Below are positions 24,722 through 32,000 of a stretch of DNA of 32,000 bases, in pieces. Position numbers and translations under genes: made by a program. Source of the stretch: Delftia acidovorans NBRC 14950. Lineage in GTDB: Bacteria; Pseudomonadota; Gammaproteobacteria; Burkholderiales; Burkholderiaceae_C. The DNA is taken from positions 270,001-302,000 of the forward strand of contig NZ_BCZP01000005.1 in assembly GCF_001598795.1 (NCBI RefSeq), given 5' to 3'. How positions within the stretch are numbered: the stretch's first letter is position 1; each line of letters begins with the position of its first letter. The notes beneath the pieces are model-generated. The model was not told the origin of the DNA, made no database searches, and was given only the letters and a program-made list of their open reading frames with translations.

Positions 24722-25525
24722 TCAGTAGTAGTTGCCCATGAGCGAGATCACCTCGATCACCAGCAGCACGGCAAACATGCGCGCAAAGCCGCCCAGCGCC
24801 GCGCCGCCCAGCCGGTGGCGCCGCAGCGGCGCATACAGGCCCGAGGCCATGGGCATGATGGCCACGGTGAGGCTGAAGAACAAGGTCTTGAGCACGAAGA
24901 CCAGGGTCACGGCCGGCGTGAAGATCTGGCCGAAGATGCGCGTGTAGCCGGGCAGGCCCGCCAGCGTGAAGCCATAGACGCTCAGGTAGACGGTGACCAG
25001 GGCCACCACGCAGCTGAGCACGGCCAGCGTGACCGAGGCAAACACGCCACCGGCCGCGCGGGGCACCAGGGCCATGCGCAGCGGGTCGGAGCCGCGCTCC
25101 TGCCAGGCCTGGAGCTGGCCCCGCGCGCGCAGTTGCGCAATCAGCGTGCCATTGGGAATGGTGCAGCGCATGGCCACGAACAGCGCGGCCGTCAGCGGGA
25201 TCAGCTCGATCACCAGCACGCGCACCACCATCTCCAGCGCATAGCGCGACAGCCCATAGCTCAGCGCCGTGACGATGACGATGCGCGTGATCACCGCGCA
25301 CAACAGCGCCGCCAGCGCCGTGAATCCCAGCAGGATGGGGCCGGTCTGCACATAGATCTGGTGCGCCATGGCACGCCGTGCGCCGCGCCGGTAGCTGGAA
25401 GGGGACATGGCCAGCACCAGCAGCACGGCGCCCAGGTAGACGCTGCGCCACCAGGCCAGCGCATGGTCGCGCAGCGCCGCCCAGATGCGGTCGGGAAGGG
25501 ACAGGGCTGCGTGGCTGAGGCTCAT
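24722..25525 (-). CDS. MlaE-family ABC transporter permease
   Basis: Start MSLSHAALSL. About 267 aa with a multi-TM pattern and blocks typical of MlaE/YrbE (QIYVQTGPILLGFTALAALL..., ALEMVVRVLVIELIPLTAALFVA.R, FFSLTVAIM). Confidence 0.8.
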   Translation of the reverse strand: MSLSHAALSLPDRIWAALRDHALAWWRSVYLGAVLLVLAMSPSSYRRGARRAMAHQIYVQTGPILLGFTALAALLCAVITRIVIVTALSYGLSRYALEMVVRVLVIELIPLTAALFVAMRCTIPNGTLIAQLRARGQLQAWQERGSDPLRMALVPRAAGGVFASVTLAVLSCVVALVTVYLSVYGFTLAGLPGYTRIFGQIFTPAVTLVFVLKTLFFSLTVAIMPMASGLYAPLRRHRLGGAALGGFARMFAVLLVIEVISLMGNYY

Positions 25526-25597
25526 CGGGCGATGATAGCGAGCCGTACCGGGACGGTCCGTCGGACGCCGGCGCAAGACAGGCAGCTGCGGACGGCG

Positions 25598-26062
25598 CTA
25601 CACATGGCGCTTGGCGCCGGAGCTGCCCAGGGCAGGCGCCAGCGGCTCGTCAGCCTGGGCATGCAGGGCCTCGATCAGATGGCAGTAGCTGTCCGACCCG
25701 TCGCACTGGCTGCGCAGCTGCATCAGCTCATGCTCCAGCGCGCGCAGCTCGGCCAGGCGCTCGCGCACATGGCCCAAGTGGGCATCCAGGGTTTCGTTGG
25801 CAGCCACGCAGTCGGCCTTGCTGGCGCCGTCCAGCGCCAGCAGGGTGCGGACCTCGTCCAGCGACATGTCCATGGCGCGGCACAGGCGGATGAAGCGCAG
25901 CCGGTGCACATCGCTGTCGCTGTACAGCCGGTACTGGTTGTCCTCGCGCACGCCTGCACTGAGCAGCCTTTCCTTCTCGTAGTAGCGGATGTTGGCGGCG
26001 GCCACGCCGGAACGCTTGGCCGCCTCGCCGATGCGCCAGCGCGCAGATTCATGCTGTGACAT
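25598..26062 (-). CDS. MerR-family heavy-metal-responsive regulator (CadR/ZntR-like)
   Basis: N-terminal HTH: RIGEAAKRSGVAAANIRYYEKERLL. Coiled-coil dimerisation helix. Cys residues sit at the positions used for metal binding in this family (..IRLCRAM.., ..QCDGSDSYCHLIE..). The gene is divergent from the P-type ATPase. Confidence 0.85.
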   Translation of the reverse strand: MSQHESARWRIGEAAKRSGVAAANIRYYEKERLLSAGVREDNQYRLYSDSDVHRLRFIRLCRAMDMSLDEVRTLLALDGASKADCVAANETLDAHLGHVRERLAELRALEHELMQLRSQCDGSDSYCHLIEALHAQADEPLAPALGSSGAKRHV

Positions 26063-26064
26063 GC

Positions 26065-26095
26065 TTGACCTTGAAGTGACTTCACCGTTTCCAAT
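26065..26095 (+). promoter_or_regulatory. MerR-type promoter/operator of the ATPase gene
   Basis: TTGACC (26065-26070), a 19-bp spacer containing the palindrome TGAAGT-G-ACTTCA (26072-26084), then TCCAAT (26090-26095). An over-long 19-bp spacer carrying a dyad is the MerR-family hallmark. The -10 hexamer is weak. Confidence 0.6.
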
Positions 26096-26101
26096 GCTCG
26101 C

Positions 26102-28306
26102 ATGAACTCCAATCGCCTGCCAAGCCCTCAGGGCAACGAGGCCCTGAAAGCCTCCCCAGCCCTTTCAACGCCCGCCTCGACTTCGCCGTCTTCCGCCTGC
26201 GGCACCGATTGCTGCGCGCCCTTCACCATCACCCAGCCCACGCCGGCCCGCAAGAAGGCCCAAGGCCACTCGCATGCGCATGGCGAGGGCCATGGCCACG
26301 ATCACGCCCATGACCATGACCATGACCATGGCCACGGTCACGACGAGAGCGATCCCCATGCCGGCCACGACCACAGCGTGCTGCCCGGCTGGCCGCGCAT
26401 CACGGCCGCGCTGATTGCAGCCGTGCTGGCCGAAGCCGCCCACTGGGTCAGCGGTGCCCAGGGCGGCGTGCCTGCCCTGCAATACGGCGGCATGGCCGTG
26501 GCCGTGCTGGCGATTGCCCTGTCGGGCCTGGGCGTCTACAAGGCCGGCATACGCGACGTGCTGCGCCTGAAGCTGGGCATCCATGCGCTGATGGCCATTG
26601 CCGTCACGGGTGCCTTCGCCATCGGCCAGTGGCCCGAGGCCGCCATGGTCATGGCCCTGTACGCCGCGGCCGAGCGTATCGAGGACCAGGCCATGGACCG
26701 CGCGCGCAATGCCATCCGCAGCCTGCTGCAGATGGCGCCCGAGACGGCAGACGTGCTCCAGCCCGACGGCAGCGTGCAGCGCGTGGCCGCCGCCGACGTG
26801 GCACTGGATGCCACCGTGCGCGTGGCCCCCGGCGCGCGCGTGCCGCTGGACGGCGTGGTCCTGCGAGGCCAAAGCTCGGTCAACCAGGCCCCCATCACCG
26901 GAGAAAGCGCCCTGGCCGACAAGGCCCCGGGCGACGAGCTCTACGCCGGTAGCATCAACCAGGATGGCGAGCTGCAGATGCGCGTCACCTCGGCGGCCAA
27001 TGACAGCCTGATTGCGCGCATCGTCCACGCCGTGGAGCAGGCCCAGGCCTCCAAGGCGCCCACCCAGCGCTTCGTCGATCGCTTTGCTGCCGTCTACACG
27101 CCCATCGTGCTGGTGCTGGCCATTGCGCTGGCGGTGCTGGCACCGCTGGTCATGGACTGGAGCTGGCATGACGCGGCCTACCAGGCGCTGGCTCTGCTGG
27201 TCATCTCCTGCCCCTGCGCCCTCGTGCTGTCCACCCCCGTCACCGTGGTCAGCGCGCTCACGGCGGCTGCACGCCGCGGCCTGCTGATCAAGGGCGGCCA
27301 GGCGCTGGAATCGGCGCGCAAGCTGCGCGCCATTGCCCTGGACAAGACCGGCACGCTGACCACGGGCAGCCCCAGGCTGGTCGAATGGAAATCCTGGAGC
27401 GAAGAAGACGCGGCCCAGGACTCCAGCCAGCCCGCCGCATATGCCCTGGCCCTGGCCGGCCGCTCGGACCACCCGGTCTCGCGCGCCATTGCTTCCGGAC
27501 TCCAGGCCGATGCCGCCGTGGCCGCCGATGCCGCGCGGGCCTCGGTCAGCAAGCTGCTGGCCCTGCCCGGCCGTGGCGTGCAGGCCGAGATCGACGGCCA
27601 GCTCTGGACCCTGGCCAACCTGCGCTGGGTGCAGGAGCAAGGCTGGGACAGCGCCGCGCTGCGCGCCGGCTTGGCCATGCACGAAGCCCAGGGCCGCACC
27701 GTGACCCTGCTGGCCGACAGCAGCGGCGTGCGGGCCCTGTTCGCCGTGGCCGACCCGCTGCGGCCCCAGGCCCGCGAGGCCGTGGCGCGCCTGCAGGCCC
27801 TGGGCGTGCAGCCCGTGGTGCTCAGCGGCGACAACACGGCCACCGTGCGCTCCATCGCTGCCGAAGCCGGCATCCAGGATGCGCGCGGCGGCCTGCTGCC
27901 CCAGGACAAGCTCGACGCACTGGCCGAGCTGCAGCGCACCCGCGGCCCCACGGCCATGACGGGCGACGGCATCAACGATGCGCCGGCCCTGGCCCAGGCC
28001 GATATCGGCTTTGCCATGGGCGGCATGCACAGCACGGGCATGGCCATGGAAACCGCCGACGTGGTGCTGATGAACGACGACCTGCGCCGCCTGCCCGAGG
28101 TGGTGGAGCTGTCACGCAGCGCCCACGCCGTGCTCTGGCAGAACATTGCCCTGTCGTTGGGCGTCAAGCTGGTGTTCTTCGCACTGGCACTGGCCGGCAA
28201 CGCCAGCATGTGGCTGGCCGTGCTTGCGGACATGGGTGTGAGCCTGCTGGTGGTCGCCAACGGCCTGCGGCTGCGCCGCTGGGGCAGCGACAGGGAGTCC
28301 GCATGA
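26102..28306 (+). CDS. Zn/Cd/Pb-type P1B heavy-metal-translocating ATPase
   Basis: Motifs: ITGES, SCPCALVLSTP (CPC), DKTGTLT, MTGDGINDAP. The TM7/TM8 Lys...Asp pattern (LGVKLVFF; LADMGVSLLVVANGLRL) matches ZntA/CadA. The N-terminus carries CGTDCC and a His-rich tract instead of a GMxCxxC HMA fold. Confidence 0.9.
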   Translation: MNSNRLPSPQGNEALKASPALSTPASTSPSSACGTDCCAPFTITQPTPARKKAQGHSHAHGEGHGHDHAHDHDHDHGHGHDESDPHAGHDHSVLPGWPRITAALIAAVLAEAAHWVSGAQGGVPALQYGGMAVAVLAIALSGLGVYKAGIRDVLRLKLGIHALMAIAVTGAFAIGQWPEAAMVMALYAAAERIEDQAMDRARNAIRSLLQMAPETADVLQPDGSVQRVAAADVALDATVRVAPGARVPLDGVVLRGQSSVNQAPITGESALADKAPGDELYAGSINQDGELQMRVTSAANDSLIARIVHAVEQAQASKAPTQRFVDRFAAVYTPIVLVLAIALAVLAPLVMDWSWHDAAYQALALLVISCPCALVLSTPVTVVSALTAAARRGLLIKGGQALESARKLRAIALDKTGTLTTGSPRLVEWKSWSEEDAAQDSSQPAAYALALAGRSDHPVSRAIASGLQADAAVAADAARASVSKLLALPGRGVQAEIDGQLWTLANLRWVQEQGWDSAALRAGLAMHEAQGRTVTLLADSSGVRALFAVADPLRPQAREAVARLQALGVQPVVLSGDNTATVRSIAAEAGIQDARGGLLPQDKLDALAELQRTRGPTAMTGDGINDAPALAQADIGFAMGGMHSTGMAMETADVVLMNDDLRRLPEVVELSRSAHAVLWQNIALSLGVKLVFFALALAGNASMWLAVLADMGVSLLVVANGLRLRRWGSDRESA
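26309..26332 (+). repeat. (CATGAC)x3 + CATGGC repeat inside the His-rich N-terminus of the ATPase
   Basis: Read directly from the sequence. It encodes HDHDHDHG within HSHAHGEGHGHDHAHDHDHDHGHGHDESDPHAGHDH. Confidence 0.9.
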
Positions 28307-28689
28307 CGGATTCCCAGCGCCGCGCCGCCTTCGCCCACCTGCTGCACAGCTTTCAGGCGAGCAGGGACCAGGCGCCTGCACAGCGCTGGCTGCTGCTGGA
28401 AGCCAGCCACGTGCTGGGCCAGCAACTGCTGGGCCTGCACTGGCGATCCCACTGCTGGATGCTGCGCCACGCGCTGCAGCTGCGCGACGGCAGGGAGGTG
28501 GCAGGCCAGTTGCTGCGCCTGGCCCTGGTGCCCGCAGGCCATCTGCTGGACCGGCTGCCGCGCGGCAACACCGGCCGCGCCACGGTGCCGGCCACCCTGC
28601 CCATGGACATGCCCCCCGCCGTATCGGCGCTGATCGCCGAGGCACTGCGCACCACGCGCCGCCCGCCCGGGCAAAGGGTCCGCACCTGA
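28303..28689 (+). CDS. DUF3703-family protein
   Basis: ATGA overlap with the ATPase stop (28303-28306). Pattern: LLEASHVLGQ...H..ML.HAL..RD..EV.GQLLRL......HLLDRLPRGNTGRA.V....PMDMP..V..LI, matching my memory of DUF3703 proteins common in metal-resistance clusters. Confidence 0.7.
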   Translation: MTDSQRRAAFAHLLHSFQASRDQAPAQRWLLLEASHVLGQQLLGLHWRSHCWMLRHALQLRDGREVAGQLLRLALVPAGHLLDRLPRGNTGRATVPATLPMDMPPAVSALIAEALRTTRRPPGQRVRT

Positions 28690-28719
28690 GGAACTTCCCA
28701 GCACCGTCCGGTATCATCC

Positions 28720-29187
28720 ATGCCTATGCGTTGCCCCCTGTCCATTGTCCTGGTCTTGCTGCTGGTCCTTCGTGGCCTGCTGGGCGACGCCATGGCCATG
28801 GGGGCGGCTCCGGTGATGGGCGTCCCGGCTCCGGCCGTCGCATCGGCGTCGGACTCGGCACTCCACCACCATGCGCCGGAGATCGCGCAGTCGCCGGACA
28901 GCCATGAACGGCATCCGGCACACGCCACGGAGCAGCCCTCGCATACGTCACACGCCGAGCACAGTGCAGACTGCTCCTCCCAGGCCGGCGGCCCTGCGGG
29001 CGGCAGCTGCGGCGAACATGAACACGGTCCCAGCTGCACCCTGTGCGGCATCTGCCATTCGGCCCTTTTCACTCCTGGCCAGATCGGTTCGGACGGCGCA
29101 GCGCCGTCCGCCGCACTGCGCCCCCAAGGCAGCGCGCGCTTTGCCAGCGCGGCCAAGCTGCAGGCCATCAAGCCACCCATTTCCTGA
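28720..29187 (+). CDS. Secreted His/Cys-rich putative metal-binding protein (DUF2946-like C-x2-C-x2-H motif)
   Basis: Signal-like N-terminus CPLSIVLVLLLVLRGLLG. His-rich segment HHHAPE..HERHPAHATEQPSHTSHAEH. Cys cluster DCSS...SCGEHEHGPSCTLCGICH. No clear RBS; the start could be 28720 or 28726. Competing ORFs exist in other frames. Confidence 0.45.
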   Translation: MPMRCPLSIVLVLLLVLRGLLGDAMAMGAAPVMGVPAPAVASASDSALHHHAPEIAQSPDSHERHPAHATEQPSHTSHAEHSADCSSQAGGPAGGSCGEHEHGPSCTLCGICHSALFTPGQIGSDGAAPSAALRPQGSARFASAAKLQAIKPPIS

Positions 29188-29308
29188 AGCCTGACGCCCG
29201 AAGTGCGTCCGCGCCCGCCTTGCCGCCCGCCCATGGGCAGCCCGTTTTCGGGCATGGCAGGGCACTTGGCCGCGGATGCGTCACCCGTTACGCATTCAGG
29301 AGAACACC

Positions 29309-29677
29309 ATGCGCCGTGCGCATTTTCTCGCCCCCCTCATCCCCCTCATCCATTTCGGGCTGGCGGCCCTTGCCGCATCCAGCCCCGCTGCCTGGGCCCA
29401 AGCCCATGACGGCAGCCTCCCCCCGGCCTCGTCCTCCGCAGGCCTGACCGGCGCCATCGATCCGGCTGCGGCCAGCCTGCCGCTGCGCCATGCCGCGCTG
29501 CCGGCCAGTGGCGCCGTGGAAACCGAGCTGACCGACTGGCGCCAGGCCAATGCGGCCGTGGCCGAGTTTCCCAACGGCCATATGGACATCCTGCGCTGGG
29601 AAGCCGCCCAGGGCGGCCGATCCACGCCTGCGCCGTCCCCGCACGGCTCTCACATGCGGCACGGAGGCCGGCCATGA
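29309..29677 (+). CDS. Hypothetical small periplasmic protein of metal-efflux clusters
   Basis: ATG lies 6 nt after AGGAGA. Signal peptide: ...LAALAASSPAAWA|QAH. The motif TDWRQANAAVAEFPNGHMDILRWE resembles a W(R/K)xAN....GH.D.LKWE block I associate with small proteins preceding TolC-like metal-efflux genes. The stop overlaps the next start (ATGA at 29674-29677). Confidence 0.45.
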   Translation: MRRAHFLAPLIPLIHFGLAALAASSPAAWAQAHDGSLPPASSSAGLTGAIDPAAASLPLRHAALPASGAVETELTDWRQANAAVAEFPNGHMDILRWEAAQGGRSTPAPSPHGSHMRHGGRP

Positions 29678-31122
29678 AGCGCACCCTCTTCGTCCCCACC
29701 CGGCTGGTCGGCGCCATGGCTGCCGTGCTGGCCCTGGCCGGCTGCGCCAGCATCTCGCCCGACGGCCTGCGCGGCGCGGTCCAATCCCATACCGCCAGCC
29801 GCCTGCCGGACGGCGCCCAGCTGCCGCCAACCGATCTGCAGGCCCGCGACGCGGCGCAGCAGCGCATCGACGAGTGGCTACGCCAGCCGCTGGACATGGA
29901 CCAGTCCGTGCGCATCGCACTGCTCAACAACCCCGGCCTGCAAGCGCGCCTGGCGCAACTGGGCGTGCAGGATGCCGAACGCGTTCAGGCCCTGACCCTG
30001 CCCAACCCCACGCTGGCTCTGGGCCGCATGGTCAACAGCGACGAGCGCGAGATCGAGCGCCAGCTGAGCTTTGGCCTGGTCAGCCTGATCACCCTGCCCT
30101 GGCGCAGCCGCTGGCAGGGCATGCAGATGGAACAGGCCACCCTGACCGCCGCGCAGGATGTGCTGCGGCTGGCCGCCGACACGCGCCGCGCCTGGCTGCG
30201 CGCCGTGGCCGCACGCCAGCAACTGGCGTCCAGCGAGCGCATGCACGAAGCGGCCGAGGCCGGGGCCGAGCTGGCGCGCCGCATGGCCCGCGTGGGCAAC
30301 TTCAGCCGGCTGCAGCAGGCACGCGAGCTCAGCATCCAGCAGGACACCGCAGCCCAGCTGGCACGTGCGCGCCTTGCCGCCACGGCCGAGCATGAGCAAC
30401 TGGCCCGCCTGATGGGCCTGTGGGGACGGCGCATCGATTTCAAGCTGCCCGACCAGCTGCCCGCCATCCCGCAGGCCGCCACGCAGTTGCGCGCCGGGGA
30501 CGATGCCGAAGCCACCGCGCTGCGCGAGCGCCTGGACCTGCGCGCACTGCGCCGCGACCTGGACCAGTTGGCCGAGCGCCGTGGCTGGGCACGCCTGGGC
30601 GCCATGTTCGGCGACATCGGCCTGGGCTACAACCGCAACACCGCCACGGACCGGGCCACCGGCCACAGCGATGTGACACGCGGCTGGGAGATCGACCTGC
30701 CCCTGCCGCTGTTCGACTGGGGTGGCGCCGCCAGCGGCCGCGCACGTGCCGAGGTCCAGCGCAGCGCGGCCCAACTGCAGCAAGGCGCCATCCAGGCGCG
30801 GGCCGAGGCGCGCAGCAGCTGGATGCGCTACCGCACGGCCTGGGACCTGGCCCACCAGCAGCAGGCCGAGGTGCTGCCGCTGCGCCGCTTCATCCAGGAC
30901 GAAACCATGCTTCGCTACAACGGCATGTTCGTCAGCGTCTGGGAGTTGCTGGCCGAGGCCCGCAACAGCGCCCAGGCCGTGGCCACCGCCACCGACGCCC
31001 AGCGCGACTTCTGGCTGGCCGACACCGACCTGCAGCTGGCTCTGGCCGGAACCTCGCCAGGCACGGTCGAGGCCGCATCCAGCGCCGCCGCACCCACTCC
31101 CACGAACACAGCGAGCCACTGA
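29674..31122 (+). CDS. TolC/OEP-family outer-membrane efflux lipoprotein (CusC/CzcC-like)
   Basis: Lipobox LALAGC|AS. Two-repeat coiled-coil/OEP pattern (LLNNPGLQARLAQLG...; RAEVQRSAAQLQQGAIQARAEARSSWMRY). The context is metal resistance. Confidence 0.8.
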   Translation: MKRTLFVPTRLVGAMAAVLALAGCASISPDGLRGAVQSHTASRLPDGAQLPPTDLQARDAAQQRIDEWLRQPLDMDQSVRIALLNNPGLQARLAQLGVQDAERVQALTLPNPTLALGRMVNSDEREIERQLSFGLVSLITLPWRSRWQGMQMEQATLTAAQDVLRLAADTRRAWLRAVAARQQLASSERMHEAAEAGAELARRMARVGNFSRLQQARELSIQQDTAAQLARARLAATAEHEQLARLMGLWGRRIDFKLPDQLPAIPQAATQLRAGDDAEATALRERLDLRALRRDLDQLAERRGWARLGAMFGDIGLGYNRNTATDRATGHSDVTRGWEIDLPLPLFDWGGAASGRARAEVQRSAAQLQQGAIQARAEARSSWMRYRTAWDLAHQQQAEVLPLRRFIQDETMLRYNGMFVSVWELLAEARNSAQAVATATDAQRDFWLADTDLQLALAGTSPGTVEAASSAAAPTPTNTASH

Positions 31123-31123
31123 C

Positions 31124-32000
31124 ATGAACCGCCGCAACTTCTTCACCGGCGCGGCCGTGGCCGCTGTCTCCAGCGCCGCCGTCAGCCGCGTGGCCCTGGC
31201 CGCCCTGCCCGAGGCAGCGACCCAGTCCTCGGCCGAAACCGCCGCCCCGCTGGCACCGCCCAACGGCCGCCCCTACCGCCCCGTGGTCACGCTCAACGGC
31301 TGGACCACGCCCTGGCGCATGAACGCAGGCGTCAAGGAATTCCACCTGGTGGCCGAGCCCGTGGTGCGCGAGGTGGCACCGGGCTTCTTCGTCAACATGT
31401 GGGGCTACAACGGCCAGAGCCCCGGCCCCACCATCGAGGTCGTGGAAGGCGACAAGGTCCGCATCTTCGTGACCAACCGCCTGCCCGAGCACACCACCGT
31501 GCACTGGCACGGCCAGCGCCTGCCCAACGGCATGGACGGCGTGGGCGGCGTGACCCAGCCGCACATCCCGCCCGGCAAGACCTTTGTCTACGAGTTCACG
31601 GCGCGCCGTCCCGGCACCTTCATGTACCACCCGCATGCCGACGAGATGGTGCAGATGGCCATGGGCATGATGGGGCTGTGGATCACGCATCCGAAGGCGG
31701 CCCACCCGCAGATCGCCGAGGTCCAGCGCGACTACGCCTTCCTGCTGTCGGCCTACGACGTGGAGCCCGGCTCCATGACGCCGCGCGTGGCCGAGATGAC
31801 GGACTTCAACATCTGGACCTTCAACAGCCGGGTGTTCCCCGCCATCAGCCCCGTCGTCGCCAGGCGCGGCGACCGGGTGCGCCTGCGCGTGGGCAACCTG
31901 ACCATGACCAACCACCCCATCCACGTTCACGGCCACGAATTCGAGGTCACGGGCACCGACGGCGGCCCCGTGCCCCGGTCCGCGCGCTGGCCCGAGGTGA
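31124..32000 (+). CDS. Tat-exported multicopper oxidase, N-terminal about 292 aa (runs off the 3' edge)
   Basis: Not in the supplied ORF track because no stop falls inside the window; I translated it by hand. MNRRNFFTGAAVAA (twin-Arg) ... MWGYNGQSPGPTIEV.EGDKVRI.V.N.LPE.TTVHWHG ... FMYHPH ... HPIHVHGHEF. These are the copper-ligand motifs HWHG and HxHG. It starts 1 nt after the TolC-family stop. Confidence 0.85.
   Translation, partial: MNRRNFFTGAAVAAVSSAAVSRVALAALPEAATQSSAETAAPLAPPNGRPYRPVVTLNGWTTPWRMNAGVKEFHLVAEPVVREVAPGFFVNMWGYNGQSPGPTIEVVEGDKVRIFVTNRLPEHTTVHWHGQRLPNGMDGVGGVTQPHIPPGKTFVYEFTARRPGTFMYHPHADEMVQMAMGMMGLWITHPKAAHPQIAEVQRDYAFLLSAYDVEPGSMTPRVAEMTDFNIWTFNSRVFPAISPVVARRGDRVRLRVGNLTMTNHPIHVHGHEFEVTGTDGGPVPRSARWPEV

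Noticed and set aside
25547-25557. Palindrome GACGG-T-CCGTC between the MerR gene end and the MlaE-like start.
   Set aside because: It is a 5-bp half-site in GC-rich DNA and is easily explained by chance. No supporting promoter elements were seen.

Overview
This is a high-GC, gene-dense chromosomal segment. Its gene content (Omp32-type porin, DctA, metal-resistance genes) suggests a betaproteobacterium, possibly a Comamonadaceae or Burkholderiales-like organism; that assignment is an inference. I saw no rRNA, tRNA, CRISPR array, transposase or integrase.

The window has three blocks:

- **Exopolysaccharide locus (about 1-15726).** One long plus-strand operon is preceded by the 3' end of wecB. 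It encodes a BcsB-family subunit, an NfrB-like processive GT2 synthase with a C-terminal tandem MshEN-type c-di-GMP motif, and an NfrA-like TPR/beta-barrel exporter. An alginate-type O-acylation set follows (two AlgJ/AlgX-like proteins, an AlgI-like MBOAT, an AlgF-like protein). A Dlt-type donor pair (carrier protein plus DltA-like adenylating enzyme) is embedded inside that set, and an acyl-CoA-dehydrogenase-family gene comes after it. A Tat-lipoprotein glycosidase-like gene converges on the operon. This mosaic is the most interesting thing in the window. It predicts a c-di-GMP-gated secreted polysaccharide (possibly ManNAc-based) esterified with a carrier-protein-delivered acyl or aminoacyl group.
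- **Housekeeping and envelope genes (16024-25525).** These are dctA with a divergent DctB-like hybrid histidine kinase, a LuxR-type response regulator, a near-perfect orphan sigma-54 promoter element, a general porin, a small membrane-protein gene unit, and an MlaE/MlaD/lipoprotein set without an ATPase.
- **Metal-resistance block (25598-32000).** These are a CadR/ZntR-like MerR regulator divergent from a Zn/Cd/Pb P1B-ATPase, DUF3703, two His/Cys-rich secreted proteins, a TolC-family lipoprotein, and a Tat multicopper oxidase that runs off the window. The multicopper oxidase is absent from the supplied ORF track; I translated it by hand.

All family calls rest on motifs and remembered homologues. 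No searches were run.
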